Assembly: GCA_965204755.1 (NCBI GenBank)
Contig: OZ242011.1
Span: 1,408,001 to 1,472,000 of the forward strand
Length of the DNA stretch: 64,000 nucleotides
Direction: 5' to 3'
From: Candidatus Marinacidobacterium sp.
GTDB lineage: Bacteria; Acidobacteriota; Vicinamibacteria; Marinacidobacterales; Marinacidobacteraceae
A program made the position numbers and the translations under genes. Below are positions 17,986 to 27,836 of the stretch, piece by piece. Position 1 is the first letter of the stretch. Each line of letters starts with the position of its first letter. The notes beneath the pieces are model-generated. The model was not told where the DNA came from and did not search any database. It was given only the letters and a program-made list of their open reading frames with translations.

Positions 17986-19236
17986 TTGCCGCCCCTCTCG
18001 TTCCGTCCCGCCCCGCGCTCGGCCGGCCGGCTCCTGACCGTCGCCCTGGTCGCTGCCGGCGCCCTCGGGCCCGGCTGCGGCGGGGGCGGCGACACGGTGC
18101 GGATCGGCGCCGCGCTGCCGCTGTCCGGGCGGCACGCCAATGTGGGCGGCTTCCTGCGCGAGGGGTACGCGATCGCGGTGGAGGAGGCGAACGAGGCCGG
18201 CGGCGTCGAGATCGCGGGCGTCGCCCGGCCGGTCGAGTTGGTGGTGTACGACGACAAGAGCGACGCCTCCATCTCGCCGAGCCTCCTCGAACGGCTGATC
18301 GCGGTGGACGGCGTGGCGGCGCTCCTCTCCGGCTACAGCACGCCGCTGGTGCAGGCGCAGGTGGTCGTGCCCATGCGGCGCGGCGTTCCGTTCGTGAACG
18401 CCGGCGGCGCGTCGCAGACGATCTTCCGCGAAGGGAACGAGTGGGTGTTCGGCGCCTTGAGTCCGGTGGAGGCGCTGGCGCGGACGACCCTGGAGTGGCT
18501 CGCCTGGGAGCAGGACCGCGACCGGTTGCCGAGGCCGCTCCGGTTGGCGCTGGTCTGGCAGAACACCGACCACGGCCGGGAGTACCGGGACGGAGTCCTC
18601 GAGGCCGTCGCGAGCGAACCGGGGCGGTTCACCGTGGTGCTCGACGAGTCGTTCGAGCACCTCTCGAGCGACCACACTTCGCTCATCGTGAAGGTGAAGT
18701 CGGCGCCGGCCGATGTCTTCCTCTCGGACGCCCACGAGCCGGACTTCCTCCTGCAGCACCGAGCCTATGTGGAGCAGGGGCTCCGCCACCGGGCGGTGAG
18801 TTACGGCGCTAGGGGGCCGGAGCGTTCGGTGCGCGAAGGGCTCGGCGCGGCGGTGTCGCACCTGGTCTCGGCGCAGTGGTGGACCCGGGCGCTTCCCTAC
18901 GAGCGGTCCCGCCGGTTCATCGAGAAGTACGAATCGCGCAACGAGGGCGCGCTGACCGAGTACTACCCGGCGGTCGCCTACGAAGCGGCGCGGGGGCTGA
19001 TCCTCGCGATCGCGAACGCCGGTTCCGCCGAGCCGGAAGCGATCCGCGACGCGCTGCAGGCCCTCGACCTCACCGATTCGCTGCTTCCCGGCGGCCGCCT
19101 CCATTTCCCGGCGGAACACCGCTACCAGATCCACAACCGCTCCGTCATCGTGCAGAACCAGACCGACGGCGGCACGCGGATCGTCTATCCGCCGGAAGCG
19201 GCGGAAACCGAATCCGTCCTCCATCCGGCCGAGTGA
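17986..19236 (+). CDS. Branched-chain amino acid-type ABC transporter substrate-binding lipoprotein (start approximate)
   Basis: Signal ending PGC; RIGAALPLSG, ANEAGGV, VVYDDKSD, LLSGYST; upstream of livHMGF-like genes. Confidence 0.88.
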   Translation: MPPLSFRPAPRSAGRLLTVALVAAGALGPGCGGGGDTVRIGAALPLSGRHANVGGFLREGYAIAVEEANEAGGVEIAGVARPVELVVYDDKSDASISPSLLERLIAVDGVAALLSGYSTPLVQAQVVVPMRRGVPFVNAGGASQTIFREGNEWVFGALSPVEALARTTLEWLAWEQDRDRLPRPLRLALVWQNTDHGREYRDGVLEAVASEPGRFTVVLDESFEHLSSDHTSLIVKVKSAPADVFLSDAHEPDFLLQHRAYVEQGLRHRAVSYGARGPERSVREGLGAAVSHLVSAQWWTRALPYERSRRFIEKYESRNEGALTEYYPAVAYEAARGLILAIANAGSAEPEAIRDALQALDLTDSLLPGGRLHFPAEHRYQIHNRSVIVQNQTDGGTRIVYPPEAAETESVLHPAE

Positions 19237-19257
19237 CCCGGCGCGCGGCCGGACGGC

Positions 19258-19483
19258 ATCCCGCCGCGGAAAGAGCGCCCCGCCATCCACTCCTCGACGC
19301 GAGGGCGCCAAGTCGACGGTCGGTTTCGCGGCGGGGCGCTCTTCCCACGGGCCGGCGGCGCGAATCGCTGCGCGATTCCCCCCGCCATCTATCGCGGGGA
19401 GGGGGCCACCCCCTCCCCGCACCCCTCCCCGGTCGGCGCTTCGCGCCAACGAGGGCTCCCCGGACTTTCTCCACGGGCTGCTC
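19258..19483 (+). mobile_element. ~225-bp MITE-like structured repeat, copy 2
   Basis: 3' ~150 bp nearly identical to 41310-41459; lies between the binding-protein and permease genes. Confidence 0.8.
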
Positions 19484-19562
19484 ACGCTCCCCCGACCTCC
19501 CCTGACGCTCTCCACGGGCTGACCGCCCGCCATCTTCCGGCCGAGCCGGCCTCGCCCCGCTC

Positions 19563-20417
19563 TTGACCGAACTCGTTTCGGTGCTCGCCTCCGGCGTGCT
19601 CGTCGGGACGGTGTACGCCTACATGGCGTACGGACTCGGGCTCATCTACGGCGTGCTGCGGGTGGTGAACCTGGCGCACGGCGCCTTCCTGACGCTCGGC
19701 GTCTATGTGACCTGGTGGCTCCACTCCTCGTTCGGCGTGGACCCGCTCGTCTCCCTCGCGGCGACGGTTCCCCTCGGCTTCTTCCTCGGGGCCGCGGTCG
19801 AGCGGACGCTGGTGTTCCGCCTGCGGAACAGTCCGCCGGTAACCACGCTCCTGCTGTTGTTCGGCGTCTGGCTCATCGTCCGGAACGCCCTCTACCTGGT
19901 GTTCGGCGGCGCCGACCGCTCGCTGCTCACCGGCTACTCGCTCGAGTCGGTGGCGCTCGGCCCGGTGCAGGTGAGCGTCCCCCGGCTGATCGTCGCCGGG
20001 TTCTCGCTCGCCGGCTTCGTCGCGCTCGGCCTGATGCTGAAGCGGACCTGGAGCGGGCTCGCCCTCCGGGCGGCGGCGCAGGACGGTGAGGCGGCGGCGC
20101 TTTCCGGCGTCCCGGTGAACCGGGTGTGGGCGACGGCGTTCGGGATCGGTTCGGCGCTCGCCATGTCCGCGGGCTCGCTGATGTCGCTCTTCTATTCGGT
20201 GACCCCGGAGTTCGGGGCGCGGTTCCTCCTCAAGAGTTTCTGCGTGGTCGTCCTCGGCGGACTCACGAACATCGGCGGGATCCTGGTCGCCGGGATCGGG
20301 CTCGGCATCGCGGAAGACCTGACCGCGTTCTATGTCCACACCGGGTATCGGGATGTGGTGAGTTTCCTGGTGCTGACGGCGGCGCTGGTGCTGCGCCGCC
20401 CGGACGGCGAGCGCTGA
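19563..20417 (+). CDS. livH: Branched-chain amino acid ABC permease (LivH-like)
   Basis: GLIYGVLRVVNLAHG, ALRAAAQD, VVLGG. Confidence 0.9.
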   Translation: MTELVSVLASGVLVGTVYAYMAYGLGLIYGVLRVVNLAHGAFLTLGVYVTWWLHSSFGVDPLVSLAATVPLGFFLGAAVERTLVFRLRNSPPVTTLLLLFGVWLIVRNALYLVFGGADRSLLTGYSLESVALGPVQVSVPRLIVAGFSLAGFVALGLMLKRTWSGLALRAAAQDGEAAALSGVPVNRVWATAFGIGSALAMSAGSLMSLFYSVTPEFGARFLLKSFCVVVLGGLTNIGGILVAGIGLGIAEDLTAFYVHTGYRDVVSFLVLTAALVLRRPDGER

Positions 20418-20462
20418 CGGCGGGCGCTGACGCGATCCTCCGGTTCCGGCTGGTACCCCCCG

Positions 20463-21437
20463 ATGATGTCCCCCGGGCTTTCGGACGCCGGCCGGAAGCG
20501 GCTCCTGGCCGCGCTCGCCGCCGCCGCGGCGCTCACGGCCCTCGCGCCACTGTTGATGGCGAACGCGTATGTCTTCCGGCTGGCCCAACTGCTGTTCCTG
20601 AACATCCTGCTGGCGAGCGCCTGGAACCTGGTCGGCGGGTTCGCCGGGCAGATCTCCTTCGGGAACTCGTCGCTCTTCGGCGTCGGGGCCTACGCGACTT
20701 CGCTGCTCTGGCTCGGCGGGATGCACCCGCTCGCCACCATGCCGGCGGCGGCGGTCCTCGCCGGGGCGTTCGGACTCCTCTGGGGCTGGCCCTGCCTCCG
20801 GCTGAGGGGGCCGTACTTCGCCATCGCCACCATCGGCGTGGCGGAAGCCACCCGCATCATCGTGAACAACCTGGAGGCGGCCGGCGGCGCCTCCGGGCTC
20901 ACGCTGCCGCTCGAAGAGGAAGGCGGCCCCTTCTTCCTCTACGCGCTCGGCGGGGCGCTCGCCATCCTGGCGGTGGTGGTCAGCGACGCCGTGCGCCGTT
21001 CCCGGTTGGGACTCGGCCTGGTCGCGCTCCGGGAGGACGCCGCCGCCGCGGCCGCCTCCGGCGTGGATGTGGGTCGGGTGCAGGCCGCCGCGTTCGCCGT
21101 CGCCGCGGCGCTCACCGGTCTCGGCGGCAGTTACTACGCGCAGTTCACGCTGTATGTCGTGCCGGAGAAGGTCTTCGGGTTCGACCTGTCCATCAGTTTG
21201 GTGCTCATGGTGCTGGTCGGCGGCATCGGGACGGTTACCGGGCCGCTGCTCGGCGCGGCGGTGTTCCTCTTCCTCGAGCAGTTCGTGCTCGCGAGCCTCG
21301 CGGACATCCACCTCGCGGCGCTGGGCGCGATCCTGATCGCCATCGTCCTGCTCGACCCGCGCGGGCTGGCGCCGCGCGTGTTCTCGCTGGCCGCCGGGCT
21401 GCGGCGGCGCCTCTCGCGGGGGCCCTCGGCGTCGTGA
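20463..21437 (+). CDS. livM: Branched-chain amino acid ABC permease (LivM-like)
   Basis: WNLVGGFAGQISFG, RLRGPYFAIAT, LVGGIGT. Confidence 0.9.
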   Translation: MMSPGLSDAGRKRLLAALAAAAALTALAPLLMANAYVFRLAQLLFLNILLASAWNLVGGFAGQISFGNSSLFGVGAYATSLLWLGGMHPLATMPAAAVLAGAFGLLWGWPCLRLRGPYFAIATIGVAEATRIIVNNLEAAGGASGLTLPLEEEGGPFFLYALGGALAILAVVVSDAVRRSRLGLGLVALREDAAAAAASGVDVGRVQAAAFAVAAALTGLGGSYYAQFTLYVVPEKVFGFDLSISLVLMVLVGGIGTVTGPLLGAAVFLFLEQFVLASLADIHLAALGAILIAIVLLDPRGLAPRVFSLAAGLRRRLSRGPSAS

Positions 21438-22270
21438 GTCCCGTCCCGTCGTCGGCTTCTTCCGCCGTTTCGGCGGGCGGGGCTTCGCCCGCCGTCTCGG
21501 CGGGCGGGGCTTCGTCCGCCGTTTCGGCGGGCGGGGAGACGCCCCTGCTGGAGACCCGCGGGTTGGTGCTGCGTTTCGGCGGGCATACCGCCGTGAACCG
21601 CCTCGACCTCACGCTTCGGCGCGGCGAAGTGCTGGGGTTGATCGGCCCGAACGGCGCCGGGAAGACCACGATCTTCAACCTGCTGAGCGGGCGGCTGCGC
21701 CCGAACGCCGGCCGGATCCGGCTGCTCGGGAGGGACATCACCGGCCTGCCCCCCCATCGCGCCTGTCGGCTGGGAATCGCGCGCACTTTCCAGGTGCCGC
21801 GTCCGTTCCTCTCGTTGACGGTGTTCGAGAGCGTGCTGGTGGGCGCCCGGTTCGGCCGGCGCGTCCCCGGCGCGGCGCCGGAGCGGGAAACGGCGGAGTT
21901 GCTCGCGACGACCGGACTGGAGCGCCGGAAGAACGACCCGGTGCGGGCGTTGAACCTGGCGGACCGCAAGCGGCTCGACCTGGCGCGGGCGATCGCCACC
22001 CGGCCGCGCGCTCTGCTCGTGGACGAAGTCGCCGCCGGACTCAACCCGGCGGAAGTGCGGGACGCGGTCTCGCTGCTGCGCGAAGTGCATGCCCGCGGTC
22101 TCGGCATGATCTATGTGGAGCATGTGATGGAGGCGGTGATGGAACTCTCCGACCGCATCCAGGTGATCGAACACGGGGAGACGATCGCCTGCGACGCGCC
22201 CGCGGCCGTCGCCGCCGACCCGGCGGTGATCCGCGCCTATCTCGGCGGCGGGGCGGAGGGGCGGCCGTGA
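21434..22270 (+). CDS. livG: ABC ATP-binding protein (LivG-like)
   Basis: GTG overlaps the livM stop; LIGPNGAGKTT, GIARTFQ, VDEVAAGLN, YVEH. Confidence 0.9.
   Translation: MSPVPSSASSAVSAGGASPAVSAGGASSAVSAGGETPLLETRGLVLRFGGHTAVNRLDLTLRRGEVLGLIGPNGAGKTTIFNLLSGRLRPNAGRIRLLGRDITGLPPHRACRLGIARTFQVPRPFLSLTVFESVLVGARFGRRVPGAAPERETAELLATTGLERRKNDPVRALNLADRKRLDLARAIATRPRALLVDEVAAGLNPAEVRDAVSLLREVHARGLGMIYVEHVMEAVMELSDRIQVIEHGETIACDAPAAVAADPAVIRAYLGGGAEGRP
21461..21536 (+). repeat. 27-bp in-frame tandem repeat x3 (S/P-AVSAGGAS) in the livG N-terminus
   Basis: CCGCCGT(T/C)TCGGCGGGCGGGG repeated three times. Confidence 0.85.
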
Positions 22271-22998
22271 GCCTGCTGTCGGTGACCGGCCTCCGGGTGC
22301 GGCGGGGAGGCGTTCCGGCGCTCCGGGGCATCGCTTTCGAGGTGCGGGCGGGGGAGGTCGTGGCCCTGCTCGGCGCGAACGGCGCCGGGAAGACGACCGC
22401 GCTCCGGGCGGTGAGCGGACTTTCCCCGGCGGAGGCCGGCGAAATACGCCTCGAAGGCGAATCGCTCACCGGCCGCGACCCGGCCGCCGTCGTCGCCGCC
22501 GGCATCGCGCAGGTCCCCGAGGGAAGCCGCATCTGGCCGGAGATGACCGTCGCGGAGAACCTGCGTCTCGGCGCCTTCGCCATCCGCCGGCGCCGGGGGT
22601 TCGCCGAGCGGCTCGACTTCGTCCACCGGTTGTTGCCGCGCCTCGAAGAACGCTCGGGCCAACTCGCCGGGGACCTCTCCGGAGGGGAGCGGCAGATGGC
22701 GGCCATCGGGCGGGCGCTCATGGCCGACCCCAAACTGCTGCTCATGGACGAACCGTCGCTCGGTCTCGCGCCGCAGGTGGTGGACACCGTGTTCGAGACC
22801 ATCGCCCGCATCCGGGGCGAGGGCGTCGCCGTCCTGCTGGTCGAGCAGAATGTGGTGCGCGCCCTCTCGATCGCCGAGCGCGGGTATGTGCTCGAAAACG
22901 GGCGCATCGCGCGAAGCGGCGCCGGGGCCGAGTTGCTGCGGGACCCGGAAGTGCGCCGGGCCTACTTGGGCAAGGCGGCGGCCGCGACCGAAGACTGA
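22267..22998 (+). CDS. livF: ABC ATP-binding protein (LivF-like)
   Basis: GANGAGKTT, VPEG, LSGGERQM, LMDEPSLGLAP, LVEQN. Confidence 0.93.
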   Translation: MSLLSVTGLRVRRGGVPALRGIAFEVRAGEVVALLGANGAGKTTALRAVSGLSPAEAGEIRLEGESLTGRDPAAVVAAGIAQVPEGSRIWPEMTVAENLRLGAFAIRRRRGFAERLDFVHRLLPRLEERSGQLAGDLSGGERQMAAIGRALMADPKLLLMDEPSLGLAPQVVDTVFETIARIRGEGVAVLLVEQNVVRALSIAERGYVLENGRIARSGAGAELLRDPEVRRAYLGKAAAATED

Positions 22999-23122
22999 CC
23001 GCCCTCGTCAGGAACCGGCGGCGAAGAGCCGGCGGCCGGCAGCGCGCCGGCGCGAAACCACCGCCCCGGCGCGAACCGCTCGCGGGTTCGCGCCGGGAGA
23101 AATCGGCCCCGGAGGCCCGGGC

Positions 23123-24532
23123 CTACGGCTCCGCCGCGACTTCGCCGAGCCAGTCGGTCAGCGCTACGAACTGACCGTCCTCGACGCGTTTCACGGTTAC
23201 CGCGTCCAGTCCGCGATGGTTGTCTTCGCTGAAACTCACGGGCGGCCCGAGGAAGGACTCATGCCAGTGGTCGAGGGTTTCGAGAGCGCGGATGAGGGTG
23301 ATCGGCTGGAGGTCTTCGCCGGCCAACTCCATTCCGTGATGCGCGAGTTGCGCCCAAGCCATGCCCAGCACCGCGTAGTCCCCGAAGGGAAGGTCCGGAG
23401 CGTATTGGGCGAGGATCTCCCTCACCCGGTCGGCGCCGCTGTGGTCGTTCGCCAGGTCGGGTGTCGAGGAGACGACGACCGCGCCCTCCCAGGCGTCGCC
23501 GGCGAGTTCGAACATCGCCGGATCGGACATGGCGATGGAACCCAGGAGTTGCGGATTCCAGTCCGGATCGGCGGCGACCGCCTTCGCCACTTCCGCCCCG
23601 AACTCGGCCACGCCCCAGATCAGGATCGCGTCCGCCTGGTTGTCGCGGAGTCCCGAAAGGGACTGGGCGATGGCCGTCCCGCTGCGCGGGCTGCGCAGCG
23701 TTCCCACATCTTCGGGCGCCCGTTCCGGGCGGCCCCAGCGTCCGCCCCGCGTGCGCTCCACGCGCCAGAGGGCGCCGTTCCGCTGCGGCAGCCGGGTCGG
23801 ATCGGAGACCCAACCCTCCGAGTCGGGATTCTCGGTGCGCGGCCGGCGGATCCGCGTTTCGTTGGACCTCGTGTAACGGACTTCGATGTCCTCCGGGAGG
23901 TTCGCGGCGACCTCGGCGTAGAACTCGCGCACGCCGAGCCGGTATCCCTCCTGCCCCTGCCCGCCGAACGGGGTGTCCTCGACCAGCGCGCCGATGCGGC
24001 GGGCGCCGAGTTCGCTCATCGCATAGTGGGCGAGCACCTTCGCCGCGGTGATCGAAGTCGGGAAGATCGAGAACACATAGGCGCTCACCGGGTCCGTCCA
24101 CACCGGGGAACTCGATCCGGGATTGATCCAGGGAATCAGGCCGTTCGCCACCCGGTCCTTGATGGCGAGGCAACTGCCGCTCCCCATGCCGCCGACCATG
24201 GCGAACACCGGGTCGCCGCGCACGGAGAGGAGGTCCTCGACAGCGGCCGGAGTCATCTCCGGGTTCCCCTGGTCGTCGCGGATGCTGAGCCGCACCCTCC
24301 GGCCGTTGATGCCGCCCTGGTCGTTCACCCACTGGAAGTAGGCGTCCATCGCCTTCGCCACATTGGAGAGCGCCTGGAACTCGCCGGTGAGCGGGGCGAA
24401 AGTGCCGAGGTGGATCTCGTCGGAAGTCACGCCCCGCGCGGAACCGCCGCAGCCGGCGGCGGCGAGGAGCGAGGAAACGAGGAGGGAGGAAGCGAGGAGG
24501 GCCCGGAGGCGGAAGCGGGAGGCGCCGGACAC
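23123..24532 (-). CDS. Leu/Ile/Val-type ABC substrate-binding lipoprotein with an internal insertion (start approximate)
   Basis: Lipobox AAAGC; GVTSDEIHLG, PLTG, VNDQGGINGRRV, DDQGNP. Confidence 0.85.
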   Translation of the reverse strand: MSGASRFRLRALLASSLLVSSLLAAAGCGGSARGVTSDEIHLGTFAPLTGEFQALSNVAKAMDAYFQWVNDQGGINGRRVRLSIRDDQGNPEMTPAAVEDLLSVRGDPVFAMVGGMGSGSCLAIKDRVANGLIPWINPGSSSPVWTDPVSAYVFSIFPTSITAAKVLAHYAMSELGARRIGALVEDTPFGGQGQEGYRLGVREFYAEVAANLPEDIEVRYTRSNETRIRRPRTENPDSEGWVSDPTRLPQRNGALWRVERTRGGRWGRPERAPEDVGTLRSPRSGTAIAQSLSGLRDNQADAILIWGVAEFGAEVAKAVAADPDWNPQLLGSIAMSDPAMFELAGDAWEGAVVVSSTPDLANDHSGADRVREILAQYAPDLPFGDYAVLGMAWAQLAHHGMELAGEDLQPITLIRALETLDHWHESFLGPPVSFSEDNHRGLDAVTVKRVEDGQFVALTDWLGEVAAEP

Positions 24533-24709
24533 CGGCCCGGCGGCGGCGCGGCCGGAAACGGGAACCGGCCGAACTCCGATGCGAACGGAAGACGGGGTGC
24601 GGGGGAAACGCAAGTTGGTCAGATCTCCTCGAAAAGGGGCCTCGGAAGGGGGAATCCGGCGCGCAGAAGCGAGCGAAACAATGTACCACAGCGGCCGCCC
24701 GGCGCCGCC

Positions 24710-24786
24710 GGTCCCGTTCGCTCGTCCCGTCCCGTTCACCCGGTCCCGTTCACCCGGTCCCGTTCGCCCGGCCCCGTTCAGCCGGT
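24710..24786. repeat. Imperfect ~14-bp tandem repeat (CCCGTTCACCCGGT) x5
   Basis: GTCCCGTTCGCTC, CCCGTTCACCCGGT x2, CCCGTTCGCCCGGC, CCCGTTCAGCCGGT. Confidence 0.75.
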
Positions 24787-25073
24787 CGCCGCGCGCCTGC
24801 GGACCTGGGCGGGAACCCGGTGATCGGGGTGACCGGCTGCCGGCGAATTCGTTCGGCAGGTAACCGCATCCGGTAACTGCATCCGGGGCGGTTCGTGGAA
24901 GCCGCCGAGTCTCGAGGCGCCCGCCCGGGTCCGGCGACGGAAGACGGAGCGACTCCCGCGACTTCCCTCATGGGACGGGCGCGGGCGGGACTCGCTGTCC
25001 CGCCCGCCTTCGAGCCCGAGGTTTCGGGCTCGCGCTGACGGCCCGCGACGCGGGCCGCCCTTTGCCGGCTGCG

Positions 25074-25742
25074 CTAGTCGGCGCTCTCGACCGGGGCGGG
25101 AGCGGGGGCCGGCGTCGGCTCGGGCGCCGGGCTCGGCGAGGGTTCGGCGGCCGCCGGCGCGGCCGGCTCGGCGGTCGTCCGACGGGCGGCCTTCTTGCGG
25201 GTCGCCTTCTTCGAGACCTTCTTCCGGGTGGCCTTCTTGCGGGAGACCTTCTTGCGGGTCGCCTTCTTCGAGACCTTCTTCCGGGTGGCCTTCTTGGAGA
25301 CCTTCTTCCGGGCGGCCTTCTTGCGAGCGGCCTTCTTCCGGGTGGCCTTCTTGGAGACCTTCTTCCGGGCGGCCTTCTTCCGGGCGGCCTTCTTCCGGGC
25401 GGCCTTCTTGCGCGCGGCCTTCTTCCGGGTGGCCTTCTTCCGGGTGGCCTTCTTGCGCGCGGCCTTCTTCCGGGTGGCCTTCTTGCGCGCGGCCTTCTTC
25501 CGGGTGGCCTTCTTCCGGGTGGCCTTCTTGCGCGCGGCCTTCTTCCGGGTGGCCTTCTTGCGAGCGGCCTTCTTCCGGGCGGCCTTCTTGCGCGTGGCCT
25601 TCTTCCGCGTCGCGGTGCGCCGGGCGGCGGTCTTCTTGCGCGCCACCTTGCGGCGGGCGACCTTCTTCCGGCGAACCAGAGTCCGCGCGGCGGTCTTCTT
25701 GCGCGCCGCCTTCTTCCGGGTGCTCTTCGCTTTCTTCTTCAT
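25074..25742 (-). CDS. Histone H1-like basic repeat protein (KKAAR/KKATR pentapeptides)
   Basis: About 30 KK-x-x-R units encoded by a 15-bp tandem repeat; Pro/Ala/Glu tail; GGAG before ATG. Confidence 0.8.
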   Translation of the reverse strand: MKKKAKSTRKKAARKKTAARTLVRRKKVARRKVARKKTAARRTATRKKATRKKAARKKAARKKATRKKAARKKATRKKATRKKAARKKATRKKAARKKATRKKATRKKAARKKAARKKAARKKAARKKVSKKATRKKAARKKAARKKVSKKATRKKVSKKATRKKVSRKKATRKKVSKKATRKKAARRTTAEPAAPAAAEPSPSPAPEPTPAPAPAPVESAD

Positions 25743-26074
25743 GTCCGGCTCCGCCTTTCGTGGCTGGGTCGTGTCGAAGAGGGAAGGAGCGGCGCCGGGG
25801 CGCGCTCCCTGTCCAGTACGGAAAACCCTATCATCCGAGTTCGCCGCGGGTCAACTCTCCACCGACCGGTCGAACGCGTCGAGAAGCGCCGGCGCGTACC
25901 GGAACCGGTCGCGCCGTACCGCGGCGCGGGGATTCCGGCAAGGAATTCGTTGCGCAACCGCGAAGGGCCGAGCGCCTTCACGCGGTCTTCCGACGCGGCG
26001 CGGCGTCGGCGCATTCGACGGGCCGCCGCCCGGACTCCACACCGCTCTTCCGCTTCGCCATTCCCGTCCTCCCC

Positions 26075-26950
26075 ATGGCCGAAGCCTCGACGAAGCGAAC
26101 GCCCGGAAGCCGTCTCCGGGTATGGGCGGAGTACCTGAAGATCGAGCACACGCTGTTCTCGGCGCCGCTGGTGTACGCCGGCGCCCTGCTGGCGGAACCG
26201 CCGCTCACGCCGCGCGCGGCGCTCCTGATCCTGGTCGCGGCCACCGGGGCGCGAACGGCGGCGCTCGGCTTGAACCGCATCCTCGACCGGGAACTGGACG
26301 CCCGGAACCCGCGCACCGCCGGGCGGGCGCTTCCTTCCGGCGACCTGACGCTCCGCTCTGCCGCGGTCGGCGCCGCCGTCGCCGCGGCGATTTACCTCGC
26401 GGCGGCCGCCGCGATCTCGGTCCGGTGCCTGCTGCTCGCGCCGATACCCCTCGCCGTCTTCTGGATCTATCCGCTGCTCAAGCGGTGGACCCGCTGGGCG
26501 CATCTCGGCGTCGGCGCCGGCCTGGCGACGGGCCCGCTCGGGGGCTTCTTCGCGGTGTCGCTCGACTTCCGCGACCCGGCGCCCATCCTGTGCCTCGCGC
26601 TGTTCACCCTGTGTTGGTCGTCCGGCTTCGACATCCTGTACTCGGTGCTCGACCGCGACGCGGACCGCGCCCAGGGACTCCACTCGCTTCCCGCGGACGC
26701 CGGCGTCCGTTCGGCGTACCGGGTCGCCGCGCTGCTCCATGCGGCGGCGTTCGCCGCGCTCGCCGCGCTCTACGCCACCGCCCTCTCCGGCGTCGTCACC
26801 CTCGGCTTCTTCCTGCTGGTCGGCGCGCTGTTCGTGTTCCAGCACCGCGTGCGCGACGATGTGCCCCTCGCGTTCTTCCGGGTGAACGCGGCGCTCGGCG
26901 CCGCCGTGTTCTTCGGCGTCGTCTTCTCCGGACCGCCGCCCTCCGCCTGA
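26075..26950 (+). CDS. ubiA: UbiA-family prenyltransferase of the futalosine menaquinone pathway (MqnP-like)
   Basis: KIEHTLFSAP, NRILDRELDARNPRTAGRALPSG, GFDILYSVLD; adjacent to ubiX and mqn genes. Confidence 0.9.
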   Translation: MAEASTKRTPGSRLRVWAEYLKIEHTLFSAPLVYAGALLAEPPLTPRAALLILVAATGARTAALGLNRILDRELDARNPRTAGRALPSGDLTLRSAAVGAAVAAAIYLAAAAAISVRCLLLAPIPLAVFWIYPLLKRWTRWAHLGVGAGLATGPLGGFFAVSLDFRDPAPILCLALFTLCWSSGFDILYSVLDRDADRAQGLHSLPADAGVRSAYRVAALLHAAAFAALAALYATALSGVVTLGFFLLVGALFVFQHRVRDDVPLAFFRVNAALGAAVFFGVVFSGPPPSA

Positions 26951-27001
26951 CCGCCGTCATCCGCCTCACCGCCGCCGGCGCAGCGCCATCGACCGCTTCA
27001 C

Positions 27002-27622
27002 ATGAAAACGACCGAACCGAACGAAACCGCGGAAGCCGGGGCCGCCCGTCCCCGAAGCGACGCGCGCCGGCCGCGCATCCTCGTCGGCATCTCCGGCTCT
27101 TCGGGCGCCGTGTACGGACTGCGGTTCCTCCGCCGGTGCCCCGGAGAGACCCACCTGATCGTTTCCCGGTGGGGCGAGGAAGTGCTGCGGCTGGAAACCG
27201 GCGCCACGGTGGAAGACCTCCGCGCGGCCGGGTCGAAGGCGTACCGCGACGACGACCTCGCCGCCCCCTGGTCCTCCGGCTCGAATCGTTACGACGCGCT
27301 CGTGCTCATCCCCTGCAGCCTCTCCACCCTCGGCAAGGTCGCCGGCGGGCTCGCGGACACGCTGATCACCCGGGCGGCGCAGGTCGCCCTCAAGGAACGG
27401 ATGCGCCTCGTCCTCTGCGTGCGCGAAACCCCCTGGTCCACGATCACCCTGAAGAACGCGCTGGCGGTCTCGGAAGCCGGCGGCATCGTCATGCCGGTGG
27501 CGCCGCCCTGGTACCGGCGGCCGGCGTCCATGGAAGAAGTGGTGGACGGATTCGTGGACAAGGTGCTCGGCGTGCTCGGTCTCGGAACCGCCCCGGGCTG
27601 GCGCGAAGAGGAGACGAAGTGA
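27002..27622 (+). CDS. ubiX: Flavin prenyltransferase UbiX
   Basis: VGISGSSGAVYG, APWSSGS, PCSLSTL, RAAQVALKER, RETP. Confidence 0.95.
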   Translation: MKTTEPNETAEAGAARPRSDARRPRILVGISGSSGAVYGLRFLRRCPGETHLIVSRWGEEVLRLETGATVEDLRAAGSKAYRDDDLAAPWSSGSNRYDALVLIPCSLSTLGKVAGGLADTLITRAAQVALKERMRLVLCVRETPWSTITLKNALAVSEAGGIVMPVAPPWYRRPASMEEVVDGFVDKVLGVLGLGTAPGWREEETK

Positions 27623-27836
27623 ACCCGCCGTCCGGTCGCGGTCGGCGGGGAGGGCGCGGGCTGCGGGCCGCCGTCCTCGTGGTAGATTCCGCCGCCCGTT
27701 TCGCTTCGATCCCGTCGTTCCTGGCCGCTCTGCGCCGTTCCCGTTCCGCGCCGTTCCCGGGCGCTTCCCGTTCCCCGAGGTCTTGCTCACCGGGTTCTCG
27801 TCGAGCCCGCAGTTCCTCGCCCGGTCCCCTCCGTCC

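Noticed and set aside
25190-25610. Possible CRISPR array in the repeat-rich stretches (also 61435-61602)
   Set aside because: The repeats are contiguous 15-bp or 21-bp in-frame units without unique spacers, and there are no cas genes.
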